Source: an uncultured Gammaproteobacteria bacterium (GTDB lineage Bacteria; Pseudomonadota; Gammaproteobacteria; Steroidobacterales; JBCBZW01). From it: a DNA stretch of 64,000 nucleotides. Position 1 is the stretch's first letter, and each line of letters starts with the position of its first letter. Both the position numbers and the translations under genes were made by a program. The notes beneath the pieces are model-generated. The model made no database searches. It was not told the DNA's origin and was given only the letters and a program-made list of their open reading frames with translations. Where the stretch lies: assembly GCA_965369325.1 (NCBI GenBank), contig CBDUQI010000005.1:2267-66266 (forward strand), read 5' to 3'. Shown piece by piece: positions 19,351-30,097 of this stretch.

Positions 19351-19379
19351 AGCCTCGCGCGGCTACTGCGGGGAGAACA

Positions 19380-21704
19380 TTGCTTGTGGATCAGACCGTG
19401 ATGGTGGCAGGGTTGTTGAGAGGCTTGGAGCCACTACGGGTGGTTCTGCTGCTAAGTCTCCTGTGTATCACTGCGCACACGCGGGCGCAAAGCGACGCAC
19501 CTGCCGAGGCGGCTGCCCCGGAAGCAGCCCTTGAGGTGGAACAGGCACAACTGATCGATCCGCTGCGCCTTAGCGACGGTTGGTGGGACCTATTGCAGCC
19601 AGAGGATGCCGCTGGCATCGCCCGTGTCGTGCAATGGTCGGCCCAGTTGGAGCAGCAAAGCGAGACGGCAGCGCCCGAGGTGGCGCTTGAACTCACCCGC
19701 CTGTTGGATAACCTGCGGCAGCTCACCCAACCGGGTAAGGATGTAGAAGCGCTCCCCGCGTCATCGGAGCCACCCATTCGGCTCAGTGGGTTGTTGCAGG
19801 CGGTGGTGGAGCGCTATCAGTTAGAGGAACTGGTGGCGGCCGCGAGTGCCCGCATCCGTCTGGATCGCTCGCTGGCGACCAATGCCGAGATCCGAACCAA
19901 CCAGGGACGTCTTGCATACATCGAGTCCTCACCGGAGGCGGAGCAGGCGCGCGCCCTGCTTGGCTGGCGCTGGATGCGGCTATGGTCCAGCCAGCGACTA
20001 GCCGAACGCCAGGCGGCAGTCGGGCGGAAGCGGCTTGATCAATTGCAAGAGGCGCTGGATCAGGCCGAGCAATTCTCCGACGTCTCAGTATCCAAACTCT
20101 TGCATGAAGAGACTGACGAAGCACAGTGGGCGGAGTTAGCCGCGGCCGGGCAGGACTTGCTCGCACAGGCAATGGAGACCGAGTCGCTCACCAGCGAAAC
20201 AGCATTGAATGATCTCGCGAAGTCGGCCGATCTTCGCGCCCAGCATGTTGACGCGCAGGTGGCACAGCAGGCGCTGTGGCTGGTGCAGCACTTTCGAGGC
20301 ACTGCTGCAACGGAACCGACCCCCGAACTAACCGCCAAACCTGACGCTGCAATTGCCTGGCAGGACGAGGCCAAGCGGCTGCTGAACGATCGGCGAGCGC
20401 GTGTAATTTCTGCGATCGACAATGTGGGCAGTGATGCTGCAAGCAGCGAGGAACTGCAGCACCAGCTTGAGGAGATACGCGGGTTCAGCGGTGCGCTGCG
20501 AGGCCTTGATATTGCGCTCACTAAAAACGCGCTCCTGGCACAGCAAATTGAAATTACGGCGGGCCTGTCGCTGAAATCGGTGGGCAGTTTCTGGTCTCAG
20601 GCCAGCCGTCGCACGTCAGTATTTACCGACAAGGCACTGAGCCGGACGCTGTTCCATCTGAAGGAATCGCCGGTCACTGGCGGCATGTTGTTACGGATGC
20701 TGCTGATTTTCGCAATCGTCTGGGGCATTTCAAAAATCATCGGTCGGGCCGTGCGGCGACTGGAGCGACGCCACAACATCAGTGCGGCAGCGGCCTTCAT
20801 GTTCAATCGGGTACTGCACTACATACTAATTCTACTGGGTATGCTGATCGCACTATCTTCTATTGGCATCGACCTGACCAAGTTCGCCTTGTTCGCAAGT
20901 GCGTTGGGTATTGGTTTGGGTTTCGGCTTGCAAGCGGTGATCAGCAACTTCGTGTCCGGCTTGATTATTCTGTTTGAGCGAAGTTTGAAAATCGGTGATT
21001 TTGTTGAACTCGAATCCGGTGTTCGTGGCAAGGTCCGCGAGATCAACACCCGTGGCACCATCATCACCACCAATGACAATATCGACATTCTGATTCCGAA
21101 CTCCGAATTTGTGAATGGCAAAGTCACTAACTGGACGCTGCGCGATGTGGTGAGGCGGCTGCGAATTCCGTTTGGTGTCGCCTACGGTAGCGACAAGGAG
21201 TTGGTGAAGAAGGCCGTACTGGAGGCGGCCGATGCAGTGCCGTTTACGCTGCAAGACGAGACTCACAAAACACAGGTGTGGCTGTCTGAGTTCGGTGATA
21301 GCAGCTTGAACTTCCATCTTATCGTATGGGTCTCCGGCAGCGCTGTCTCGCGCCCGAGCGCCGTTAGCGCGGCCTACGCCTGGGCGATCGAAACGGCGCT
21401 GGGCAAATACAACATCGAAATCCCGTTCCCGCAGCAGGACTTGAACGTACGCAGCTACTTTGGGCTGACGGGCAAGGCCGCGATAGATGCGGTGGTCGGG
21501 CGCACCGAGATTGCGGAAGTGCGCGCGCCGCAACCGGCAGCGCTAACCTACCGCGAGCGACGCGAGCTGGGTTCCAACGATGCCGCCGAGGAGACATTGC
21601 GGGCGATCGAGCAGGAGGAGCAGGAGAAGGCCGACGCTGAGAAACACGACGAGACAGCGGACGAACAGCCGAACGAGCAGCCGCTGGGCGAGGCGGTTAA
21701 ATGA
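19380..21704 (+). CDS. large mechanosensitive ion channel of the MscS family (MscK/MscM-like)
   Basis: 774 aa with a signal peptide and a long Ala/Glu/Leu/Gln-rich coiled-coil periplasmic region. TM helices and the MscS core follow (GDFVELESGVRGKVREINTRGTIITTNDNIDILIPNSEFVNGKVTNWT), then an acidic tail. The start could be 19401. Confidence 0.85.
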   Translation: MLVDQTVMVAGLLRGLEPLRVVLLLSLLCITAHTRAQSDAPAEAAAPEAALEVEQAQLIDPLRLSDGWWDLLQPEDAAGIARVVQWSAQLEQQSETAAPEVALELTRLLDNLRQLTQPGKDVEALPASSEPPIRLSGLLQAVVERYQLEELVAAASARIRLDRSLATNAEIRTNQGRLAYIESSPEAEQARALLGWRWMRLWSSQRLAERQAAVGRKRLDQLQEALDQAEQFSDVSVSKLLHEETDEAQWAELAAAGQDLLAQAMETESLTSETALNDLAKSADLRAQHVDAQVAQQALWLVQHFRGTAATEPTPELTAKPDAAIAWQDEAKRLLNDRRARVISAIDNVGSDAASSEELQHQLEEIRGFSGALRGLDIALTKNALLAQQIEITAGLSLKSVGSFWSQASRRTSVFTDKALSRTLFHLKESPVTGGMLLRMLLIFAIVWGISKIIGRAVRRLERRHNISAAAAFMFNRVLHYILILLGMLIALSSIGIDLTKFALFASALGIGLGFGLQAVISNFVSGLIILFERSLKIGDFVELESGVRGKVREINTRGTIITTNDNIDILIPNSEFVNGKVTNWTLRDVVRRLRIPFGVAYGSDKELVKKAVLEAADAVPFTLQDETHKTQVWLSEFGDSSLNFHLIVWVSGSAVSRPSAVSAAYAWAIETALGKYNIEIPFPQQDLNVRSYFGLTGKAAIDAVVGRTEIAEVRAPQPAALTYRERRELGSNDAAEETLRAIEQEEQEKADAEKHDETADEQPNEQPLGEAVK

Positions 21705-21753
21705 GGTGACGGCGAAGAGGCAGCGCGTCCCTCATAAAACACCACACTTCTCA

Positions 21754-21782
21754 TTGACTTGCTTGGAACAAGCAAATATATT
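21754..21782 (+). promoter_or_regulatory. sigma70-type promoter TTGACT-17 nt-TATATT with the palindrome TTGCTTG-GAA-CAAGCAA (21759-21775) in the spacer
   Basis: Read directly from the sequence. It lies upstream of the tetR-icmF operon, with the inverted repeat occupying the -35/-10 spacer, as expected for an autoregulated TetR operator. Confidence 0.55.
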
Positions 21783-21986
21783 AACGGACCTGAACGAACG
21801 CGTGAGTGAGGTTGGCAATACGCACCTCGCCCTCCCGATAAAATTCTCCGTTTAGCTTCCCCGTATGAAAGTACGCCTGGTCAATGGTGCGATGATGTCC
21901 TGGTGAGGCCCGCTGATAACGGCCCGCTCTGGTTCAAACCCGCCACTTGTTTCGATCTGCGAGCGCAACACGATGGCAGCAAGCCT

Positions 21987-22643
21987 ATGACTCAACCCGA
22001 ACGTCTGTCACATGCGCAGCGCACGGATCGCTCCGACCGGCTGATGCTGGAGGCTGCAATCCAACTGATCGTCCAGCGGGGCACAGACAAGACAACACTC
22101 AAAGAGGTAGGCGAGCACGCGGGCTACAGCCGCGGCCTTGCGGGTTATCGATTTGGATCAAAAGCGGGGTTGTTCGAGTTCATCGTGCGCTCGATTGGCG
22201 AACAGTGGCTTGAAGATCTGATGCGCGTGACGGCCGGCAAAAGCGGACTTGCCGCGATCGAAGCAGCAATTGATGAGCACTGTCGCTTTTGTATCGAGGC
22301 TTCCGACGCCGTACGAGCTTACTATATTTTGTGGTTCGAATCAATCGGCGTGCAGTCGCCCGTAAAAGACGTGATTGCGGGAATTCACGAGCGCCGGCGC
22401 CATGACCTGATTCAATGGATTCGCTCGGCGAACACGAAAACGCGCGCGAACGCCGAGGCGATTGCCGGTCAGTTCAACGCGGCGATTCTCGGTATCGCCT
22501 ACCAATGGCTGACCCGCCCGGACGATGCGCAAAGTATCTCGGGGCTGCACCGCGAGCTCCGCGACAATATGCGTTCCTATTTTTATCGTAACGATTCTAC
22601 CGACGATCCAATTGCGGGCGTCGACGAAGGACAATCACTATGA
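21987..22643 (+). CDS. TetR family transcriptional regulator
   Basis: The ORF is 21903..22643, with a likely ATG at 21987 (MTQPERL). HTH: [41 protein letters not shown]. The stop overlaps the icmF ATG (ATGA). Confidence 0.85.
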   Translation: MTQPERLSHAQRTDRSDRLMLEAAIQLIVQRGTDKTTLKEVGEHAGYSRGLAGYRFGSKAGLFEFIVRSIGEQWLEDLMRVTAGKSGLAAIEAAIDEHCRFCIEASDAVRAYYILWFESIGVQSPVKDVIAGIHERRRHDLIQWIRSANTKTRANAEAIAGQFNAAILGIAYQWLTRPDDAQSISGLHRELRDNMRSYFYRNDSTDDPIAGVDEGQSL

Positions 22644-25600
22644 GCAACATTGCGCGCTTTCCTGAAGAAACGGCAACGACGCAGAAAGTACCGCTTCGCT
22701 TTCTGACCGCAGCCAGTCTCTTTGACGGTCACGATGCGTCGATCAACATCATGCGCAGAATCCTTCAGGGCTCCGGAGTGGAGGTCATCCATCTCGCCCA
22801 CAACCGTTCGGTAAACGACGTGGTACAGGCCGCTTTACAAGAAGACGTGAATGGTATTGCTATCAGTTCCTACCAGGGCGGCCACGTTGAGTACTTCAAG
22901 TACCTGGTCGACATGCTGAAAGAACACGGCGCCGGTCATATACGTGTGTTTGGCGGCGGGGGCGGCGTCATTGTCTACGATGAGATCAAAGCGCTTGAAG
23001 CTTACGGAGTTGAGCGCATCTACTCACCGCACGCCGGCCAGCAACTGGGGCTGCAGGGCATGATCGACGACATGATCGAGCGCACCCACGCGGTAACTGA
23101 CGCACCGTCGTTCAAGCCGATCGCGGACGCCGATCTGTCAAACCCGGTGGCACTGGCGCGCTGCCTGACCAAGGCTGAGCTCGGATTACTCACGGACGCC
23201 GATAGACACTGGATAGACGAGCACGCGCAAAACCGGCCTGTGCTTGGGATCACTGGCACCGGCGGCGCCGGCAAGTCGTCCCTCACAGACGAGCTCATTC
23301 GACGATTCCGTCTGGACAGCAACGATGCTGTGCGTATCGCCACCATCGCCATTGACCCAACCCGGCGCAAGACCGGCGGTGCGTTGCTGGGTGACCGGAT
23401 TCGCATGAACGCCATTTATCACCCAACCATTTTCATGCGATCGCTGGCGACGCGCTCTTCCATTGGCGAAGTGCCTGCGGCGCTCGCCGATGTCATCGCC
23501 TTAACCCGTTGCGCCAACTACGACCTGATTGTGGTGGAGACACCAGGCATCGGGCAGGGCGATTCGGCCATCGAACCCTATGTGGACACCTCCATGTATG
23601 TGATGACGCCGGAGTTCGGCGCGCAAAGCCAGCTGGAGAAAATCGACATGCTGGATTTCGCCGACCTGGTGGTGATCAACAAATTTGACCGCAAAGGCAG
23701 TGACGACGCCCTGCGTGATGTGGCAAAGCAAGTGCAACGAAACCATCAGCGTTTCTCCGAAGCGCCCAGTGCCATGCCCGTATTCGGTTCCATCGCCTCA
23801 CGCTTCAATGATGATGGGGTAACGGCGGCTTACCAACATCTGCTGGGCGTGCTCAGGGCGCGCGGGTTCAAGGAGTATCCGTCCCTACTGCCGGTGGTGG
23901 CGTCTCGGTTTTCATCAGAGAAAACCGTCATCGTACCGCCGGAGCGCCAGCGCTACCTGGCGGAGATTGCCGAAACCGTTCGCGGCTACCACACGCAAAC
24001 AACGAGTCAGGCACGCCTCGCACGAGAGCATCAGCAGCTCACCGCGTCACGTGACATGCTGGGCGAGAACGCGGGTAAGGACATCCAAAACCTGATTGAG
24101 GAGCGCGCGCGCCAGTTGAGCGCGGACACCCGCGATCTGCTGGAAGACTGGCCGCAAACACGCGCGTCCTACAGCGGCGAAACGCAGACCACCACCCTGC
24201 CCAATGGCAAGCAGATTAAAACCCGGCTGACAACGCGCAGCTTATCCGGAACCGTGTTATCACGCGTTGCAGTGCCGCGTTTTGAGGATCATGGCGAGCT
24301 AGTTCGCTGGCTTAGATCGGATAACCTCCCCGGCCGCTTCCCGTATACCGCTGGGGTATTCCCGTTCAAACGTGAGGGCGAGGATCCAGCCCGCATGTTC
24401 GCAGGTGAAGGCGACCCGTTCCGCACAAATCGCCGATTCAAGGCGTTGTCAGAGCATTCGCCGGCCAAGCGTCTGTCGACCGCGTTTGATTCGGTAACGC
24501 TCTACGGCTGCGATCCCGCCCACCGTCCCGACATTTACGGAAAGATCGGCAACGCTGGCGTCTCTATCGCGACACTGGATGATATGAAGGCGTTGTACGA
24601 CGGGTTTGATCTTTGCGACCCGTCCACATCCGTTTCGATGACGATCAACGGGCCAGCACCCACCATTCTCGCCATGTTCCTGAACACGGCCATCGATCAG
24701 TTGCTCGAGCGCTTTAAGGCAGAACACTCCCGTGCGCCGGACGTAACCGAGCATGACGCGCTCCGGGAGCAGGCACTGAGAAGTGTTCGAGGCACGGTCC
24801 AGGCGGATATTCTGAAAGAAGACCAGGGACAGAACACCTGCATCTTCTCAACCGAGTTCAGCCTGCGCGTGATGGGCGACATCCAGCAGTATTTCATCGA
24901 TCACCAAGTCAAAAATTTCTATTCCGTTTCTATCTCCGGCTATCACATTGCCGAAGCGGGAGCGAACCCCATCAGTCAGCTCGCATTTACGCTCTCAAAC
25001 GGGTTCACCTTTGTTGAGGCTTACCTTGCGCGCGGAATGAGTATTGACGATTTCGCGCCGAGCCTGTCGTTCTTTTTCTCCAACGGCATGGACCCGGAGT
25101 ACACAGTGATGGGACGTGTCGCGCGTCGCATCTGGGCCACCACCATGCGTGAGAAGTACGGGGCGAGCGCGCGCAGCCAACGGCTCAAATACCATATCCA
25201 GACATCGGGGCGTTCGCTGCACGCGCAAGAAATGAACTTCAATGATATTCGCACGACGCTGCAGGCGCTGATCGCCGTGTATGACAACTGCAACAGCCTG
25301 CACACTAATGCTTACGATGAGGCCATTACCACCCCTACAGACGCGTCGGTACGGCGCGCGCTAGCCATCCAACTGATCATCAGCAATGAGTTCGGTCTGG
25401 CCAAAAACGAGAATCCGAACCAAGGCTCGTTTATCCTGGAGGAGCTGACGGGCCTGGTGGAGGAAGCGGTGCTCGCAGAGTTTGAACGGATTTCAGAACG
25501 CGGCGGCGTGCTTGGGGCGATGGAGACTGGCTACCAGCGCGGGCGCATTCAAGAAGAGTCCCTGCTCTACGAGCACAAAAAGCATGATGGCAGTCTGCCT

Positions 25601-25885
25601 ATTATTGGTGTAAACACATTCCTGTCGCCGGAACCGGAGGAAACCCAGAGCATCGAACTGGCGCGATCAACCGAAGAAGAGAAGCAGAGCCAAATTCGCC
25701 GATTGAGTGAATTCCACCAACGCCACGCATCCGAATCAGAAGCGGCGCTGCTCAAGGTTCGCCAGGCGGTAATCGACGGTGACAACGTGTTCGCGGCCTT
25801 GATGGAGGCCGTGCGCTGCTGCTCTCTAGGGCAGATTACCGATATGTTGTTCACGGTTGGCGGGCAATACCGCAGAAGCATGTAG
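22640..25885 (+). CDS. icmF: fused isobutyryl-CoA mutase (B12-binding domain, MeaB-like G-protein and mutase domain)
   Basis: 1081 aa. The N-terminal B12 motif is [12 protein letters not shown]. The central GTPase has [20 protein letters not shown] and NKFDRKG. The C-terminal ~550 aa is methylmalonyl-CoA-mutase-like. Confidence 0.92.
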   Translation: MSNIARFPEETATTQKVPLRFLTAASLFDGHDASINIMRRILQGSGVEVIHLAHNRSVNDVVQAALQEDVNGIAISSYQGGHVEYFKYLVDMLKEHGAGHIRVFGGGGGVIVYDEIKALEAYGVERIYSPHAGQQLGLQGMIDDMIERTHAVTDAPSFKPIADADLSNPVALARCLTKAELGLLTDADRHWIDEHAQNRPVLGITGTGGAGKSSLTDELIRRFRLDSNDAVRIATIAIDPTRRKTGGALLGDRIRMNAIYHPTIFMRSLATRSSIGEVPAALADVIALTRCANYDLIVVETPGIGQGDSAIEPYVDTSMYVMTPEFGAQSQLEKIDMLDFADLVVINKFDRKGSDDALRDVAKQVQRNHQRFSEAPSAMPVFGSIASRFNDDGVTAAYQHLLGVLRARGFKEYPSLLPVVASRFSSEKTVIVPPERQRYLAEIAETVRGYHTQTTSQARLAREHQQLTASRDMLGENAGKDIQNLIEERARQLSADTRDLLEDWPQTRASYSGETQTTTLPNGKQIKTRLTTRSLSGTVLSRVAVPRFEDHGELVRWLRSDNLPGRFPYTAGVFPFKREGEDPARMFAGEGDPFRTNRRFKALSEHSPAKRLSTAFDSVTLYGCDPAHRPDIYGKIGNAGVSIATLDDMKALYDGFDLCDPSTSVSMTINGPAPTILAMFLNTAIDQLLERFKAEHSRAPDVTEHDALREQALRSVRGTVQADILKEDQGQNTCIFSTEFSLRVMGDIQQYFIDHQVKNFYSVSISGYHIAEAGANPISQLAFTLSNGFTFVEAYLARGMSIDDFAPSLSFFFSNGMDPEYTVMGRVARRIWATTMREKYGASARSQRLKYHIQTSGRSLHAQEMNFNDIRTTLQALIAVYDNCNSLHTNAYDEAITTPTDASVRRALAIQLIISNEFGLAKNENPNQGSFILEELTGLVEEAVLAEFERISERGGVLGAMETGYQRGRIQEESLLYEHKKHDGSLPIIGVNTFLSPEPEETQSIELARSTEEEKQSQIRRLSEFHQRHASESEAALLKVRQAVIDGDNVFAALMEAVRCCSLGQITDMLFTVGGQYRRSM

Positions 25886-25943
25886 GCACGTCGCCCGGTT
25901 CGCTCTCACGCAACAGAACAGCCTGCAAGCCCCAACGCGCAGC

Positions 25944-26741
25944 TTAGACGGAAACAACGGCCTTAATATGCGGGTGGGATTCGTAGTCGAGGATTTCAAA
26001 ATCCTCGTAGCGGTAGTCAAAAATGCTCTCAGGTTTGCGCGCAATCTGCAGGCGCGGCAGCGCGTGTGGCGCCCGGCTGAGCTGCAGCCTGGCCTGATCC
26101 AGATGGTTCAGATACAGGTGGCAATCGCCGCCTGTCCAGATAAAGTCGCCCGGCAACAAGTCGCATTGCTGCGCCACCATGTGGGTCAACAATGCGTAGG
26201 AGGCAATATTGAACGGGACGCCAAGGAAAATATCGCAACTGCGCTGGTATAGCTGGCAGGACAAACGGCCGTCGGCCACGTAAAACTGAAACAACGCGTG
26301 GCAGGGCACCAGCGCCATCTTATCGAGTTCGGCCACATTCCACGCACTGACAATAATCCGCCGCGAATCGGGGTTGCTACGCAGTTGCTCCATCACATGG
26401 GCGATCTGATCCACATGGCCGCCGCCAGGTGTGGGCCAGCTACGCCACTGGCAACCGTATACCGGCCCCAACTCGCCCTGACTATCCGCCCACTCATCCC
26501 AGATGGACACCCCGTGCTCACGCAAGTAAGCGACATTGGTCTCGCCGCGTAAGAACCACAGCAGTTCATGAACAATCGAGCGCAAGTGCACTTTCTTGGT
26601 GGTGACCAGCGGGAAGCCCTGCGCCAGATCAAAACGCATCTGGTGGGCGAACACACTCAGCGTGCCCGTGCCGGTGCGGTCGTCTTTGCGCGCGCCGGTA
26701 TCCAGCACGTGTTGCATGAGATCCAGATACGCTCGCATCAA
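25944..26741 (-). CDS. thyA: thymidylate synthase
   Basis: 265 aa with [31 protein letters not shown]-equivalent [13 protein letters not shown], and [15 protein letters not shown]. Confidence 0.95.
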   Translation of the reverse strand: MMRAYLDLMQHVLDTGARKDDRTGTGTLSVFAHQMRFDLAQGFPLVTTKKVHLRSIVHELLWFLRGETNVAYLREHGVSIWDEWADSQGELGPVYGCQWRSWPTPGGGHVDQIAHVMEQLRSNPDSRRIIVSAWNVAELDKMALVPCHALFQFYVADGRLSCQLYQRSCDIFLGVPFNIASYALLTHMVAQQCDLLPGDFIWTGGDCHLYLNHLDQARLQLSRAPHALPRLQIARKPESIFDYRYEDFEILDYESHPHIKAVVSV

Positions 26742-26763
26742 TCAGCCCCCAGTACTGGCCGGC

Positions 26764-27561
26764 TCATTTGCCTGTCACGGCTGCAGTATGCATGCCACGC
26801 CTGGAGGCGGAGGCGATTAGCCACACGCCAATCAAAATCATTGGCGTGCTGAGCACATGCCCCATCGTCAGCCAATCGAAAGCCAGATAGCCAATATGCT
26901 CATCCGGCACCCGCACAAACTCCACCGCGCAACGGAACATCCCGTAGCCCAGCAGGAACGCGCCCGACACCGCCCCAAGCGCCCGAGGTCTGCTGGCGTA
27001 CATCAGCAACAACACAAACAAGACAACGCCCTCAAGCGCAGCCTCGTACAGCTGCGACGGATGCCGACCCTGCCCGTTCACAATAAAGGCCCACGGCAGC
27101 TGCGAGGGCCCGCCCCAAAGCTCGCCATTGACAAAGTTACCGATGCGCCCGGTAAACAGCCCCAGTGGTACTATCGGCGCAACCAGATCGGTCACCGCTA
27201 ACCACGGTCGGGCGAACTTGCGGGCAATCAGCATCATCGCCAGGATGACCCCGAGCAGCCCGCCGTGAAACGACATGCCGCCCTGCCATATCTTAAATGG
27301 GTACAGCGGGTCAGTCGCGATATTGGAGAGGCCGTAAAACAGCAGGTAGCCAACGCGCCCACCGAGCAGGACGCCCACCATGCCGTAGAAAATGATGTCG
27401 TCGACCATAGCCGCGCTCCATCCTCCCGGCGAGCGCGCGGCCCGGTAGCGCAGCAGCAGCCAGGCAGCGAAAAAGCCGACCACGTAGGTCAAGCCGTACC
27501 AATGTACTTTTACCGGACCCAACGCGATGGCGACGGGATCAATTTCGGGGTAGGCGATCAT
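26764..27561 (-). CDS. lgt: prolipoprotein diacylglyceryl transferase
   Basis: The ORF extends to 27660, but the conserved N-terminus MIAYPEIDPVAIALGPVKVHWYGLTYVVGF starts at 27561. HGGLLG and RIGNFVNGELWG motifs are present, and the lgt-thyA synteny holds. Confidence 0.92.
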   Translation of the reverse strand: MIAYPEIDPVAIALGPVKVHWYGLTYVVGFFAAWLLLRYRAARSPGGWSAAMVDDIIFYGMVGVLLGGRVGYLLFYGLSNIATDPLYPFKIWQGGMSFHGGLLGVILAMMLIARKFARPWLAVTDLVAPIVPLGLFTGRIGNFVNGELWGGPSQLPWAFIVNGQGRHPSQLYEAALEGVVLFVLLLMYASRPRALGAVSGAFLLGYGMFRCAVEFVRVPDEHIGYLAFDWLTMGHVLSTPMILIGVWLIASASRRGMHTAAVTGK

Positions 27562-27623
27562 GCCGGCAATGGTACCATCGCCGGCCCCTCTGCGGGGCTT
27601 GAGGCGGGACCGGTGGCAGCACT

Positions 27624-28943
27624 TCAGTCCGCCGGCAGTACCCGCACAAACAGGGCACAAAGATAGCGGCTCTGCTCAATCATGGGGTGCACCGGATGGT
27701 CCGGTGCGGGGCCTCCCACATGCAGCAATTGCAAGGTGCGCCCGCGTCGGGCGGCAGCCGCTTGGACCAGTCCCAACAATTCGCTGTCGCTCAGATGAAA
27801 CGAGCAGGAGCAGGTGACCAACAAGCCGCCCGGCGCCAGCACGCCCATGGCCAGTTCATTCAGGCGCTGATACGCGCGCCGCCCGGCACTCATATCACGC
27901 TTGCGCTTGATGAACGCCGGCGGATCAAGTACCACGGCGTCGAACTGTTTGTTTTCAGTGGCCAATGCCCGCAACCCATCAAACGCGTCTTCTCGGCGCG
28001 TTTTGACGTTCACCTGATTGAGTCCGGCGTTGATCTGCACGGCGTCCAGCGCCGGTTGAGAGCTGTCCAGGCACAGCACATGCTGCGCGCCGGCCGCAGC
28101 GGCGCCCAGTGCAAATCCGCCCGAGTAGCTGCACACATCCAGCACTCGCGGCGGCTTCTCAGCCGCCACCTGCGCGCGCACCCAGCGCGCAAGCATGGCG
28201 CGGTTGTCGCGCTGGTCGAAAAACCATCCGGTTTTCTGTCCGCCGCCGATCGACACCTCAAAATTCAACCCGTTTTCGACAATCCGCACCTGCTCGCTCA
28301 CCGCTTGCGCAGGCGCATCATCCTCCCCGGCCGCCAGGGTTGGCGCGTTGCTTTCATCCGCTCCCCAGGCCACTTGGTGATAGTGCTCCAGCCCCTCCAG
28401 CGTGCGCGCATCCGTATCGTTGCGCCAAAGCAGGCCACGGGCTGAGGTCACGGCGTACAGCGCCTGCTCCAGCGGCTCTCGCAGCAGCTCCATTCCAGCC
28501 GTCGTGATTTGCCCGACCAACCAGTCGCCATAGCGATCCACGATCAACCCTGGCAAGCCATCCGCCTCGCCGTAAACCAGGCGGTAGTACGGCTGCTCGA
28601 ACCAGCCCTCACGCAACGCCAGCGCGGCGCTGATCCGTGCGTTGAGCAGAGCTTGATCCACCGGCCGCTTCTCCTCACGGCTAAGCACACGCGCGCAAAT
28701 AAGCGTGGCCGGGTTAGCATAGCCATAGGCGACAAAGCGGCCATCGGCACCGGTGATGCTCACTGCCTGCCCGGGACTCAACCCTTTCAGTGGCGTAGCG
28801 GCGGTATCTACCTCATTGCTGTATACCCACAGGTGGCCCTGGCGCAGCCGGCGATCTTCTTTTTTCTTCAGCCGTAATGACACCGGCGCGGCGGCAGGCG
28901 AACGGGTCGAAGCACTCACAAGCACTCTCCACAAATAAAACAT
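27624..28943 (-). CDS. rlmI: class I SAM-dependent 23S rRNA (cytosine-C5) methyltransferase, RlmI-like (PUA plus methyltransferase)
   Basis: The ORF is 27624..29024. It has LRLKKKEDRRLRQGHLWVYSNEV (RlmI-type N-terminus) and VLDVCSYSGGFAL...VVLDPPAF. The start is uncertain (ATG 28943 or a non-ATG start further downstream). Confidence 0.8.
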   Translation of the reverse strand: MFYLWRVLVSASTRSPAAAPVSLRLKKKEDRRLRQGHLWVYSNEVDTAATPLKGLSPGQAVSITGADGRFVAYGYANPATLICARVLSREEKRPVDQALLNARISAALALREGWFEQPYYRLVYGEADGLPGLIVDRYGDWLVGQITTAGMELLREPLEQALYAVTSARGLLWRNDTDARTLEGLEHYHQVAWGADESNAPTLAAGEDDAPAQAVSEQVRIVENGLNFEVSIGGGQKTGWFFDQRDNRAMLARWVRAQVAAEKPPRVLDVCSYSGGFALGAAAAGAQHVLCLDSSQPALDAVQINAGLNQVNVKTRREDAFDGLRALATENKQFDAVVLDPPAFIKRKRDMSAGRRAYQRLNELAMGVLAPGGLLVTCSCSFHLSDSELLGLVQAAAARRGRTLQLLHVGGPAPDHPVHPMIEQSRYLCALFVRVLPAD

Positions 28944-29137
28944 GCCGTGGTCCACGGCGGACCGGGATGATAGCGCGCCTGAGCCCCGCGCGCGCGTTCC
29001 ACCCACATAGCGCCTGAGGTGCACGCACGCACGGACCCCGAGGCCACGGCACTGCGCGCGGGTGTGTCAAGCGCTTGGGCTATACTCAGCGCATGGGTGC
29101 TAACCGACATCAACCCGCCCGCCCAAACCGTTTGCGT

Positions 29138-29650
29138 ATGCTCACGGCGGGGCTGCTGCTTGGCCCTGCGCTCGCACTAGCGCAGCTCGACCCGGACGAT
29201 CCTACCAGCCGCACCACCATCGGCCCCAACAACCCGTGGTTGTACGCGGGTGCCACTGCACTTCGCGCCGGCGATGCAAAACAAGCCATCGCGCTGACGC
29301 TGAAGGGCTTAAACGGGCCGGCCACCAAGCACGAACGGGCAGCGGCCCTTAGCAACCTGTGTGGCGCCTACTCGATGACCACCGAGTACGATCAGGCGAT
29401 CGAGCAGTGCACCGCCTCGCTGGCGCTGCGCCAGACCTGGAACGCTTACCATAACCGCGCACTGGCGCACTGGCGCAAGGGCGATGTGGCCCGATGCGAG
29501 GCCGATGTGATCGCAGGCTTACAAATCAACCCCAACGCGAGGCTGCTGCGAAAAGTGCAGGCGCTGATTAACGCCACCCGGTTGCAGCCCAGAATCAGCG
29601 TGGAAGATACTCCAGCCACCGCTGATAGCCAGGCGCCGAGGCCTCAATGA
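29138..29650 (+). CDS. TPR-repeat protein with signal peptide
   Basis: The ORF is 29075..29650, with a likely start MLTAGLLLGPALALAQ at 29138. Repeated A/Y/N-rich TPR-like helices are present (AIALTLKGL..., YDQAIEQCTASLAL..., AYHNRALAHWRKGD). Confidence 0.55.
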   Translation: MLTAGLLLGPALALAQLDPDDPTSRTTIGPNNPWLYAGATALRAGDAKQAIALTLKGLNGPATKHERAAALSNLCGAYSMTTEYDQAIEQCTASLALRQTWNAYHNRALAHWRKGDVARCEADVIAGLQINPNARLLRKVQALINATRLQPRISVEDTPATADSQAPRPQ

Positions 29651-30087
29651 GGTACTCAGCACACACGCCGGCAATGCGGGCCAGCGTACTTTTAAGCGCG
29701 CTGATCTTCGCGCCATACCTGTGCGCCGTGGCGAACACGCCAACCGCACCGTATGAGGACCGGCTGGTGGATAAACCAAGCGCCGGTTTTACTCCCCCAA
29801 AGCCAGCACTCACCATCACCCCCAGCTATCCAAGCAAAGCGCTGGGGCGGGCGCTGGAGGGCAAAGCGGTGGTGTGCTTTGACGTAGACAAGCGCGGGCA
29901 CACGGTGAAAGCCAACGTGCTCGAAACCACCCACAGGCTGTTTCGCAAACCCAGCCTGATTGCGGTACGCAAATCCACCTTTGATCCGGCGCGACTGAAC
30001 GGCGCACCGGTGAGTGCGGCAATGTGCCGGACGTATTTTTTCCGGCTGGACCCTATCGACGGGGCGCGCCCCGTCACCTCTCCCTGA
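29647..30087 (+). CDS. TonB C-terminal-domain protein
   Basis: 146 aa. The segment P..PSYPSKALGRALEGKAVVCFDVDKRGHTVKANVLETT...FRKPSLIAVRKSTFDPARLNGAPV has the TonB_C pattern. There is a 4-nt overlap with the TPR gene. Confidence 0.65.
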   Translation: MRYSAHTPAMRASVLLSALIFAPYLCAVANTPTAPYEDRLVDKPSAGFTPPKPALTITPSYPSKALGRALEGKAVVCFDVDKRGHTVKANVLETTHRLFRKPSLIAVRKSTFDPARLNGAPVSAAMCRTYFFRLDPIDGARPVTSP

Positions 30088-30097
30088 ACGCGGCCGC

